Origin: Macrostomum lignano
Lineage: Eukaryota
Direction: 5' to 3'
NCBI GenBank assembly: GCA_002269645.1
Contig: NIVC01001985.1
Coordinates: 1-34,805, forward strand
Length of the DNA stretch: 34,805 bases
This document shows positions 16,892 through 26,989 of this stretch, piece after piece (position 1 is the stretch's first letter; every line of letters starts with the position of its first letter). A model generated the notes under the pieces. It saw nothing but the letters and a program-made list of their open reading frames with translations, did no database searches and was not told the DNA's origin. A program made the translations under genes and the position numbers.

Positions 16892-17973
16892 ATGAGCATC
16901 ACATGATGAGTTATCATACCTAACTGGCAATGGCAAATAGAGCTTAAAAATTGAAACCAAACACCCTAGCAGCAGTAGTTAGTTAGAATATAGCAGTAGA
17001 CAGCCTTAATGGTTACTAATTACTAATAGGCCTGTTTCAAGTATGATAGATATTATTTAATCAGCCCTACTACTATGTATATTCCTAACAAGGCTGATGA
17101 GTTTGAGTGTAGTCTAGACAACTGTCAGGTCAAAAAATACTGTTTCATAGAAACTGACACGCGCGTCAACATTTATAGGAAAAAGTTCAAAACAACACAT
17201 AAAAGTAAGTGCTAATATTCTGTATCAAAGTTATAAATTGCAAAATGTCCTGACCTGGCTTAAAAATAAAACTTGACATATTTTACTAAACTTTGTACAG
17301 TTTTATCTTCTCAATGTGATTACTCCGGTGTGATTGCCATGTGACTGGGGTGGGGTGGCATCCCTTTTGTAATCCGCAACTCGCTTGCAGGAAATAAGAT
17401 ATTATAGTCAGAATACGATAGATTTTTAAGCACCACCCAATTACTGAGCAACTGTAACTCGCTATAAAAACGACTACATGTGCATTGATTTACATATCAT
17501 GATGCTGTTGATGCCTGTAGTTTGTTTGAGCGGATCAGGTGGCTCTGCACACAAACTATATGTACAACTTTTTATTCTGATCTAGTCAAGTCAAGGCTAA
17601 GTGTAAGCTTTTTATGCGTGAATAGTACAACACGTGTACAGTAATGCATTTATGTGCATGCGTATTTAATTGCCTTCAACATCTGCAACGTGTGTGAAAT
17701 TTACTTCTGTAACGTACATTCATGCATGAACATCAAAATTTTGCTGTATGAGCTTACATGTAGTTCCGATTCGATTGCGTGCTTGATATAGTAGAGGGAT
17801 ATGCAGTGTTAAGAGAGCGTTCAGCGCAGGACCGCGGTACTAATATACAAGTAGGCATATGGTGTAGTGTTATTCTACTTCCCACAAAAATCATAAAAAT
17901 TGTTAATGTAGTTTATTCATAGAATGTTACTGTAAGTAGAACAAAGCACACATGCGCACCGAAACGTTAACTA

Positions 17974-18085
17974 TGAATCATGATACTATTTATAGCAAAG
18001 GAGTGAATCATGATACTATTTATAACCCAAAATGAATCATGTTACTATTTATGGTGAAACACATGAGTCATGTTGCTATAATTAT
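17974..18085. repeat. Four 29-31 bp units, each starting TGA(A/G)TCATG
   Basis: Motif starts at 17974, 18004, 18033 and 18064, each followed by (A/T)TACTATTTAT or a variant. Confidence 0.8.
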
Positions 18086-19123
18086 AGTTAGCAAAATTGC
18101 CTATAAATACAAGTGGTCCGACAAGTGGACCGGAGCAACAACAGAGGCTACAGAGAACCTTCCAGAGGGAAGAAGAGCTCCGAAGAGGAAGTCGGCGAGG
18201 AACTTCCTTCAGACCAAGTCAACCGAGACTCGGCTGAGTTCTTGCGGTAAGCCTTACTCATTTGCACCGTGTTAGAGTCGACTCGATATTATTGTTGTGA
18301 CTGAGTCTAATTGCGACTCCATTGTTTGTAGTCTCCGGGACTACCCCAGCTGATAGTCACCAGAGGACTATCATTGATTACCGGAGCTATACCTAGAGTG
18401 TATTAAGACACTGCTAGAAGGAGAAGGCTTATTTGAAACCGCAGCGTGGCGCAGGGATCCCCATTGTTGATTTGAAGCTTCTGATTTGAGGCACAGATAC
18501 CGGTCGGAGACGACTTCATTGGAAGTACAAGAGGAACCAAAACCAGAACAACTAATTCAAGACGTCTAAGCTTCCGGAAGATAAGAAACGAGACTAATTA
18601 AGAAAGAGAACAAGACTCAAGAAGCGAACAACTGACCAGGAATCAAGGTATAAGAGATACCTAGCTTCATTGGATTACTGGGTTGCCTATAGCAGTAGCT
18701 ACATATAGAAGTGATTGTTCCTTGATTACTAAGAAAGTCTTGGTAGCAATTAGGAACACATCAATGCAAACATGCATGCGTTGTCTACCATAAAGCTAAT
18801 ACGCAATGCAGCAACTTCGCCTATGTCTTACGGCTAAGTACGGGTGTAATAACAGTTAAAACGAGAACTCGTCGACAGGGCCAGCTGGGTAGATATTAAA
18901 TTTCTTCCTAGTTCGATTTATGCACAAACATAAAATAACAAAGTCGTTGAAGGCTTTTTTTGAATTTTTTCAGAAAAAAACCTAAGCACCTGCGGTTAAA
19001 ATAAAAATGACTTTATTTTCGATAGTCTTGATGAAAAAAGCATCACACGAATATTTCTCCGCTTTCGACAGCTCAATGCGTTTGACACAATCCATTATGA
19101 AAGCGGCGAACAGTAGATTGACA

Positions 19124-19576
19124 TCACCCGCTAAACTGGTGGCGCAGCAGCTCGGCGCGCTGTGTTTGCCTGGCCCGGCACATCAGGCCAATCTGCCTGT
19201 CGTCCTTTCGGTCCATCAGCTCACCGCAGTTCAGCTTCCAACGCCGGGCCTCCTCGCGCCAGCCGATTGCTTGAGCCTTCCACTGGCCGGCCGATTCCCT
19301 GCCGCGGTAGGTGTCAGCCCGCCAGCCGTTCAGAGCGCCTCGCGCCTGGGCCAGCTGGGACTGGGCCGCGCTCGCCTGACGACTCCAGTGCTGCGCGCTG
19401 CCCGTCAGCTCGTACAGTTGCTTTTGCAGGCCGACAGCCTCGAATCGCCATTTGTCTCGGCTTCGTTTCCAGCGATGCACGCAGTCCTTCCAGTTCACGC
19501 TGGAATCTGTGCAGGGCCTACGAGGCCGCCTACAAGCCGCTAGCTGCCAGTCAGCGCTGCAAGCGCTATTGTTCAT
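19124..19576 (-). CDS. Orphan 150-aa coiled-coil protein with Trp in heptad register
   Basis: ATG-initiated, GC-rich ORF; W29, W36, W43, W64, W85, W99, W106 and W113 share one heptad position, with L50, L57 and L120 also in register. No family recognised. Confidence 0.5.
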   Translation of the reverse strand: MNNSACSADWQLAACRRPRRPCTDSSVNWKDCVHRWKRSRDKWRFEAVGLQKQLYELTGSAQHWSRQASAAQSQLAQARGALNGWRADTYRGRESAGQWKAQAIGWREEARRWKLNCGELMDRKDDRQIGLMCRARQTQRAELLRHQFSG

Positions 19577-19825
19577 AATTTAAGTGTACTTTGAGGAGCT
19601 GCAGACAGCTGTTCCAACAGATTTTTGAGTTATGGAATCAGCGCTGCCAGGCTTGCTCTGCTTTCTTGCCTATGAATGAGCGAACGAGAATTCTCAGATT
19701 GCAGCTAATTCTGCAAAATGTCTGTGGCCAAGACTTCCGAAGAATCTGTGCGCGGGTGTGCGTATGTACTGTATACCCGACAAATAAAAACCGATAAACA
19801 TTGCGGTCGCTAATAAATGGAGTAA

Positions 19826-20676
19826 TATAGCTTTTTTCAAGCCAATTGAGCCTAGGAGCAAGCAATTTAATCCTTAGTGGGAAAATCAAGCTATTGAAGA
19901 CTTGTTTTTCATTGTCTATGGCCCGAATGGGGGGTCTATGGAGCAAACAAACATAAATATAGCAGACGAAGAATTTAGCGAGCAGAGCAGTGACAAAAGT
20001 TTTGCTACAGCCCAAGATGCAGTGGTTGAGCAGAATCCTGCAGGGCGAGAACCCTATCGCGAGATAAGCAACGAAAAGTACGTCCTGATTGTCGCTGCCA
20101 TCGAGAAATGTGATAGTGCTGCGGACATTTCGCGATGGCTGGACGTAAAGAGAAAAACAGTGTATTCTAACAGGCGTCGCTATGAAATCACGGGACGCCG
20201 GGGCCGCGCACGAGGGTGTGGAGATCGAGCATCGAAACTGGAAGAGCAGCACATGCAACTGCTTCTTTTATCACTGGATAGCAATCCTCTAATGACGTTG
20301 AAGAGCTCTGAACATTGATCGGGTTTGATTTCAATCTGTCCAACACTGTTTTGAGAGACACGATTGTTCTCGGCTTTACTGTATGCTATGGTTTTGCATT
20401 TGCCTGTTTTGATTGGTTTCTGTGAAATCAAAGTGTTAATGTCAATCGTTTTTTGATATGCCATCTACTTGCAGACATTATTTCAGTGAAGTTATTTGTG
20501 AAGGATACACGAGCACTGTGAAAAGGATTAATTGCGCGCCCAGATTCTCAAATTGGTTGCTCTATAGACCCCCTTTCGGGCCATAGACAATAAAAAACAA
20601 GTCTTCAATAGCTTGATTCTCCCAATAAGGGTTAAATTGCTTGCTCCTAGGCTCAATTGGCTTGGAAAATGCTATA
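19826..20676. mobile_element. Internally deleted Tc1/mariner-IS630-like element with ~125-bp TIRs
   Basis: Long inverted repeats 19826-19950 / 20553-20676 ending in TATAGC / GCTATA (compatible with a TA target); encloses an HTH remnant. Confidence 0.8.
19938..20420 (+). pseudogene. Truncated transposase: paired-like double HTH, DDE domain absent
   Basis: ISNEKYVLIVAAIEKCDSAADISRWLDVKRKTVYSNRRRYEITG...SKL...PLMTLK; after the stop a shifted frame gives FNLSNTVLRDTIVLGFT, resembling the VSxSTIxRxLxxLGFT second HTH. Confidence 0.6.
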
Positions 20677-20805
20677 ATACAATACCGCGTAACACTAATG
20701 AAGAAGGCTTGCAGGCATCCTGGCAAAACGCCTTTGGCGACATGGTCACACAACGTCATCGTGACTCCTGAGCACATGCAAGCGCGCCAATACTGTACAC
20801 AGGCA

Positions 20806-21018
20806 CGCACTCATACACACGCTCCCACAGGGTGTACAGCGGCCCTGACTTTTTTATTCGTCAGGCATGTACACTCTCTGTGCCTTGGGCTTGGGGATTG
20901 GTCCTCATGGCTGTGAACCGCACGACAACCGATTTCAACCCCGAATCAATGTGCTTGCGCACGGGATCAAACCTGGGGTCGCAGAGCGAGAGTCAGACCG
21001 TTGACCACACTGCGCTGC
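20806..21018 (-). mobile_element. tRNA-derived SINE, family 2, copy A
   Basis: Minus-strand head GCAGCGCAGTGTGG...GGTTTGATCCC; body shared with copies at 26099 and 32920; 3' CCTGAC-loop-GTCAGG hairpin and GTGT-type tail. Confidence 0.85.
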
Positions 21019-21700
21019 TTTGCCACCTCCCGCTACATGAAGTTTAAATTTACCTATAATCTGTAAAAGCGTGTATATTGTGCAGTGCCATATCGTGTCA
21101 TCATCCAATTCAAGAACAGCTCAATACTTGAGACTGAACTGAGTCACAGTGTATATTTATAGCTGCCACTCGCTCTTTGAAAAACTAGCAAGAAAATTGC
21201 AGGAAACAAAAAACCTTCCGTTCTAGAAGACCTGCCTCACCAACCTGACCTGAGGCAATTCCGTCAGGGAAGGGAATAATTGTAATTATGAGAAATCTGC
21301 ATTTCCAAATTTATCCAGCCGAAAGCGGTTTATAAATTGCTTTCGAGAGTATGCTCGAAAAAGCTCGGCGTAGCTCAGTTGCTTCAAAGATACCGATGCA
21401 ATTATACATGCCCAGCCCCGGGGCAACTGAGGAGGCTGCAGCTTATAGGAAGAGAGCAATCAGGACCCAAAAAATTGCCCCAAGACCTGCTCCACTTCCT
21501 GCTCAGCGGAGCATCGCTATACCGACTCGTGACCAAGAAATCATGGATGGGGGTGGGGAAGTGGCCGCTTAAAAGGAGCAGCACCGGCGCCGGCTGGACG
21601 GCCAGCTCACAGTGTCGATCGCTCAGCTCCCGGACCGAGTCGCTATTGCAAGCAAAGCATTTTTACCGCTAATCGCAAGACTCTCGCCAAGCGCATCAGC

Positions 21701-22095
21701 ATGAGCCAGCTCCCCTGCCTGTCCGCCATCGCCTGCCTGCTCCTGGCCGCTGCCATCGGCTGCCAGGCCTTCACCGTCCGTTCGGGTGGTGGCTCAGCCG
21801 GAGGCGTACCCGAGGGCATTGAGACGGAGCACTTCGCCGAGATGTCCGGCTGGCAGCGCTGCCTGTTCGTCTGCAACTATTGCTTCCACGGCGAGGGCAA
21901 GGTGAGCACAGATCTGAGCAATGATGCTCTGCTATTTGAATAGAATTTGTTTAATTAAAATCGCCAATATTTAAAAAATTGCAGGAAGTTGACCTTCTGG
22001 GCTGCGCCAACAGCTGGTGCCTGGAGTCCCTGGGAAAGACTGGCACCCTGCCTAAGGTAGCCGTGCAGATGTGCCCAGCTATGGCCCTGGTCTGA
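21701..22095 (+). CDS. Secreted 6-Cys peptide precursor, eclosion-hormone-like, 103 aa: join(21701..21901, 21985..22095)
   Basis: Signal peptide MSQLPCLSAIACLLLAAAIGCQA; intron AAG|GTGAGC...TTGCAG|GAA (phase 0); mature region CLFVCNYCFHGEGKEVDLLGCANSWC...MC gives C-x3-C-x2-C-x12-C-x4-C-x17-C. The gene structure is secure; the family call is about 0.55. Confidence 0.75.
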
Positions 22096-22350
22096 ATTGG
22101 ATAAATATACTAAATGACTGAAAACCCTTTATTATAGAAAAAACAATACGATTGGTTAATAATTGGTTACTGTTGGCCAAGCTGATCCTTTTGTGTGTAA
22201 AATATAACAAGTTTCAACACCTCAACAAGCCTAAATGATGCGTTCAATATTTTCGTTTCTCGTGTTAGATGATGCTTTTTACAACAACAAAACTGAACGC
22301 CGAACAACTCACTCAAACGCTGCACTTGCTTTTTGTAGAAATTAGGTAGA

Positions 22351-22563
22351 TGACTGACTGACTGACTAACTGACTGACTGACTGACTGACTGACTGACTG
22401 ACTGACTGACTGACTGACTGACTGACTGACTGACTGACTGACTGACTGACTGACTGACTGACTGACTGACTGACTGACTGACTGACTGACTGACTGACTG
22501 ACTGACTGACTGACTGACTGACTGACTGACTGACTGACTGACTGACTGACTGACTGACTGACT
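22351..22563. repeat. (TGAC)n microsatellite, ~53 units, one variant unit
   Basis: Direct inspection; the SQSV ORFs are artefacts. Confidence 0.99.
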
Positions 22564-23089
22564 CCTCCATGCTTTCACTCCAACTGTTTAGAAGGACAAC
22601 ATGAAACAAAAAAAGTTTTGCAGATGTCTCATGCAACAAAAAGATGGTTCAAAGATGTTGTTGCTGCTGTTTCTTATATTTTTGTTTGCTTTCCTACAAC
22701 AAGGCGAAACAAAAAAATCACAAGCGAACATGAATTTACACAAAAACTTGGCGATTTGTTTTAAAATAGAAAGATTATGTGGGTGATGCACAGCTGCATG
22801 TTTGCTAGGGTTTGCAACTGGGGTGGAAACGGGCTGCTGTTATGCTATAGAAGTTGTTAGGCAATTTTTAACAAAAAATGTTGCGAGTTTCACTAAATTT
22901 AGACAGCTATATTCTTTCGGTGAAATTAGTGGATTCAAAGCACAGATCTAGAAACACTGCAGCTAGATGCAATCATCCTCTACCTCAGTTACAAAGCTAA
23001 TAGTTCCTGACAAGAAGTCGTCACCAAAGCTCGGAAAAATCGATTTGTCAAAAAATCAACTACCCCAAATTGACTGCCGACCATGGGCC

Positions 23090-23635
23090 CAACCTAAGCT
23101 CCAACCTAAACCCTAACCTAAACTCTAACCCTAACCTAAACCCTAACCTAAACTTTAAACCTAACCTAAACCCTAACCTAAACTCTAACCCTAACCTAAA
23201 CCCTAACCTAAACTTTAAACCTAACCTAAACCCTAACCTAAACTCTAACCTAAACACTAACCCTAACCAAAACCCTAACCCTAACCCCAACCTAACCCTA
23301 ACCTAAACTGTAACCCTGACCTAAACTCTAACCTTAACCTAAACTGTAACCCTGACCTAAACTCTAACCTTAACCTAAACTGTAACCCTGACCTAAACTC
23401 TAACCTTAACCTAAACTGTAACCCTGACCTAAACTCTAACCTTAACCTAAACTGTAACCCTGACCTAAACTCTAACCTTAACCTAAACTGTAACCCTGAC
23501 CTAAACTCTAACCTTAACCTAAACTGTAACCCTAACTTAAATTCTGACTCAAAACCTAACCTAAACCCTAACCTAAACCCTAAAATAAACTCTAACCTAA
23601 ACTTTAACATAGCTCTAGCCTAAACCACCCTAACC
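23090..23635. repeat. Interstitial telomere-like array (CCCTAA/CCTAAA variants; 60-bp then 36-bp higher-order units) bounded by a 19-bp inverted repeat
   Basis: Inverted repeat ATTGACTGCCGACCATGGG (23069-23087) / CCTATGGCCGGCAGTCAAT (23634-23652), 17/19 match. Confidence 0.9.
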
Positions 23636-24417
23636 TATGGCCGGCAGTCAATATTTAAACTCCCGAACGCAGATTTCGCTTGACTGCTGAGTAACTTTTT
23701 GAAACGCAAATCTATCACGACAAAACTCTAAACAGACGCCCAAATGTAAGTAGTATCATCAGTAACTAAAAAATTTGCCCATTCATGCAGTGTTTCAGAG
23801 ATCTGTGGCTGAGAGTTGTCGACTTATGTGAAAAAATAAATGAATAAATAAATAAATAGATAGATAAATATTAAATAATGACTGTGACCGACTTTAATTC
23901 ACGCTCTAAACTCCGGCCAGCCCTCGGGTACTTTGAAACTTCACAATAGCAATCCAGGCCCGCTCAAGGCTTGTCTCTCGTCTCAGCTCTCTTCTCTCTT
24001 CTCTCTCATCTCTTTCATTGGCAATCATCAATAGCCTGCTAAAGGATTTCCTCATTCCAGTCAGGTAGTAAGAGAAAGGGAAGTTTATTTGAAGGCCAAC
24101 TTAATTTCATTTCAAACTCAAACTGCACTAGCGTCTAGCGAGTTAGGGAATTCGAATTTTTAAAGTTTTTACATTACATGTAGAATATTGTATTGCAATA
24201 ATTGGGGTTTCAACCACAGACAATTTTTTAATTTAAGTGCTAACAATTCCTATCTCGCTAGTGCATCTCGGCCTTTGCTACATTTCTACTAGGGCGAAAA
24301 ATAATTATTTTAATTAGTTTTGTTTAACTGCACACAACAGGAAAAGAAACTTCACAACAAATAAGAATTTTATTCACTTTTGATGCCAACCAGACTCCAG
24401 GATGCAGTCAGAACTGC

Positions 24418-26021
24418 TCAGAATTCGTCACTTGACAGAACCGGCGGCCTCCGGCATTTGCGGCGCCATTTTTTGCAGCCTCTGCCGCGCCAACCGCGCG
24501 CCTGGCATCTGGCGCACGTTTGATTAGTGAGAGTCTCCAGGGCCTCCGACTCCGGGTCGTGATTGGAGCAGGCGCCATTGGACAGGCGCAGAACCTTAAT
24601 TGGAGTTGTTTTCAGTTTTGGGTTGAATGTGAATTGTCTTGGCTGAGACTGTAATTTGATTTTCTTGCAGTGACAGAAGGATTCTCACATGGGCTTTGAG
24701 TGATTCTCACCTGTGCTTTGGGGTGATTCTCATTTGTGCTTTGGGGTGATTCTCACCTGTGCTTTGGGGCGATTCTCACCTGTGCTTTGGGGCGATTCTG
24801 CCTGTGTTTTGGGGCGATTCTCACCTGTGCTTTGGGGTGATTCTCACCTGTGCTTTGGGGCGATTCTCACCTGTGCTTTGAGGCGATTCTCACCTGTGCT
24901 TTGGGGTGATTCTCACCTGTGCTTTGAGGCGATTCTCACCTGTGCTTTGGGGTGATTCTCACCTGTGCTTTGAGGCGATTCTGCCTGTGCTTTGAGGCGA
25001 TTCGCACCTGTGCTTTGGGGTGATTCTCACCTGTGCTTTGAGGCGATTCTCACCTGTGTTTTGGGGTGATTCTCACCTGTGCTTTGGGGCGATTCTCACC
25101 TGTGCTTTGGGGCGATTCTCACCTGTGCTTTGGGGTGATTCTCACCTGTGTTTTGGGGCGATTCTCACCTGTGCTTTGGGGTGATTCTCACCTGTGCTTT
25201 GAGGCGATTCTCACTGTGCTTTGGGGTGATTCTCACCTGTGCTTTGGGGCGATTCTGCCTGTGCTTTGGGGCGATTCTCACCTGTGCTTTGGGGCGATTC
25301 TCACCTGTGCTTTGGGGCGATTCTCACCTGTGCTTTGGGGCGATTCTCCCTTGGGGGGATTTTAATCTAGGCTTAAAAAACTGTTTTCAACAGATTTATT
25401 GCTCTTTATAAGCATATTTAGGCCTGTTCTCAAACAGAATCAGTGCTGTTCTCAAACAGAATCTGTGCTGTTCTCAAACAGAATCAGTGCTGTTCTCAAA
25501 CAGAATCAGTGCTGTTCTCAAACAGAATCAGTGCTGTTCTCAAACAGAATCTGTGCTGTTCTCAAACAGAATCTGTGCTGTTCTCAAACAGAATCTGTGC
25601 TGTTCTCAAACAGAATCAGTGCTGTTCTCAAATTGACTCTCGAGAATCCAGCCGCCCTGACTGCTCACCTGCGAGTCGCTGGCGCAGGCGGCGGCCTGCA
25701 TGTGGCAGAGGCTGGTGTAGCTGCGCTCGGCAGGCAGGCCGCTCAGCAGGGCGCAGACCCGGCCAAAGAACTGCCGCTTAATCAGCGGCGTCGACTCCGT
25801 CGTCGTGACATTCGACCGGCCGTCCAAACCGTTGCGACGCGGCCGCCGACGACCTCGACGCCTTCCCGATCGGCGACGTCCGTTGCGTCGGCGTTGACGA
25901 AGTCTGCGCCGTTCTGCGAGGCAGCGATCGTTGGTGACGCAGCTGCAGATTGGCAGGTCCTGGATGTTTACCAGGCACAGCTGGCCCTTGTCCCAGCTGC
26001 AGGTCACCGAACGGCAGGTGG
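24418..26021 (-). CDS. Follistatin-like (FOLN+Kazal) domain protein, last two exons: join(26021..25669, 24594..24418)
   Basis: TCRSVTC..KGQLC.V....PICSC....RC[insert]VCA...SYTSLCHMQAAAC spliced (CAG|GTGAGC...TTAAG|GTT, phase 0) to VLRLSNGAC completes the 10-Cys FS module. The exon starts in phase 1, as follistatin FS exons do. Confidence 0.75.
24690..25350. repeat. 23-bp minisatellite (gattctcacctgtgctttgggg[c/t]) in the last intron of the FS/Kazal gene
   Basis: About 28 units; the 23-aa periodic ORFs are artefacts. Confidence 0.96.
25425..25632. repeat. 22-bp minisatellite (tgctgttctcaaacagaatc[a/t]g)
   Basis: About 9 units in the same intron. Confidence 0.95.
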
Positions 26022-26098
26022 CTGCGTGGAGATTCGGCGGCAACTTTTATTATGCCTTGGCAGTAAATTTAAGTTTTTTAAAAATAAATCATAATAGG

Positions 26099-26200
26099 AA
26101 CTCACACACGGGGTGTACAGTGGCCCTGACTTTCTAACCGTCAGGCATGTACACTCTCTGTGCCTTGGGGGTTGGCCCTCATGGCTGTGAACTGCACGAA
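26099..26200 (-). mobile_element. SINE family 2, copy B (5'-truncated)
   Basis: Near-identical to the 3' half of copy A; lacks the tRNA head. Confidence 0.85.
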
Positions 26201-26261
26201 CTGCCGGGGCTGCTCTGCCCGCAGATATCATAATTGATCATAATCATAGTCGATGTATACT

Positions 26262-26790
26262 GCTGTAAATATTACTGTAGATAGTGCTGTAAATAGCACT
26301 GTAGATAATACTGTAGATAGTACTGTAGACAGTACTGTAGATAGTACTGTAGATAGTACTGTAGATAGTACTGTATAGATAGTACTGTAGATAGTCTGTT
26401 GATAGTACTGTAGATAGTACTGTATAGATAGTACTGTAGATAGTCTGTTGATAGTACTGTAGATAGTACTGTAGATAGTACTGTAGATAGCACTGTAGAT
26501 AGTACTGTAGATAGTACTGTAGATAGTACTGTATAGATAGTACTGTAGATAGTCTGTTGATAGTACTGTAGATAGTACTGTAGATAGCACTGTAGATAGT
26601 CTGTTGATAGTACTGTAGATAGTACTGTAGATAGTACTGTATAGATAGTACTGTAGATAGTCTGTTGATAGTACTGTAGATAGTACTGTAGATAGCACTG
26701 TAGATAGTCTGTTGATAGTACTGTAGATAGTACTGTAGATAGCACTGTAGATAGTCTGTTGATAGTACTGTTGATAGTACTGTAAATATC
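26262..26790. repeat. 12-bp minisatellite (tactgtagatag) with variant units
   Basis: Direct inspection; the STVL / YYLQ ORFs are artefacts. Confidence 0.96.
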
Positions 26791-26989
26791 TGATAATACT
26801 GTCACTCTCCATTGAATTCTATCAGTTATAAGATAGCAAGCCAACAATAAATTCGAGCTGTATATTTTAGCATCTGCAGCTGGAATAAATTTCTCAATAA
26901 AAAGCCGTACAGTCTGAATAACAGAATTTCTAATAGAACTCGTGAACGCCAAGGTCCGTCAGTCGGCAACAATACATTAAATAGAGGAG

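Noticed and set aside
18039-18860. Possible spliced gene or solo LTR (TGTTA at 18270, TAACA at 18854, donor-like GGTAAG near 18247)
   Set aside because: No target-site duplication, and trial splicing gave early stops or no recognisable protein.
21351-21672. Short ORFs upstream of the peptide gene
   Set aside because: No motifs or splice support; may be UTR or promoter sequence.
23090-23635. True telomere or chromosome-fusion site
   Set aside because: Mostly variant hexamers, single orientation, internal to a gene-rich region.
24418-26021. Calling the gene follistatin (fst)
   Set aside because: Only one FS module before the stop; follistatin has three, so no symbol was given.
25399-26094. 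231-aa plus-strand ORF, and similar ORFs opposite ATXN10, the kinase and the ankyrin exon
   Set aside because: Antisense shadows of GC-rich coding exons plus repeat sequence.
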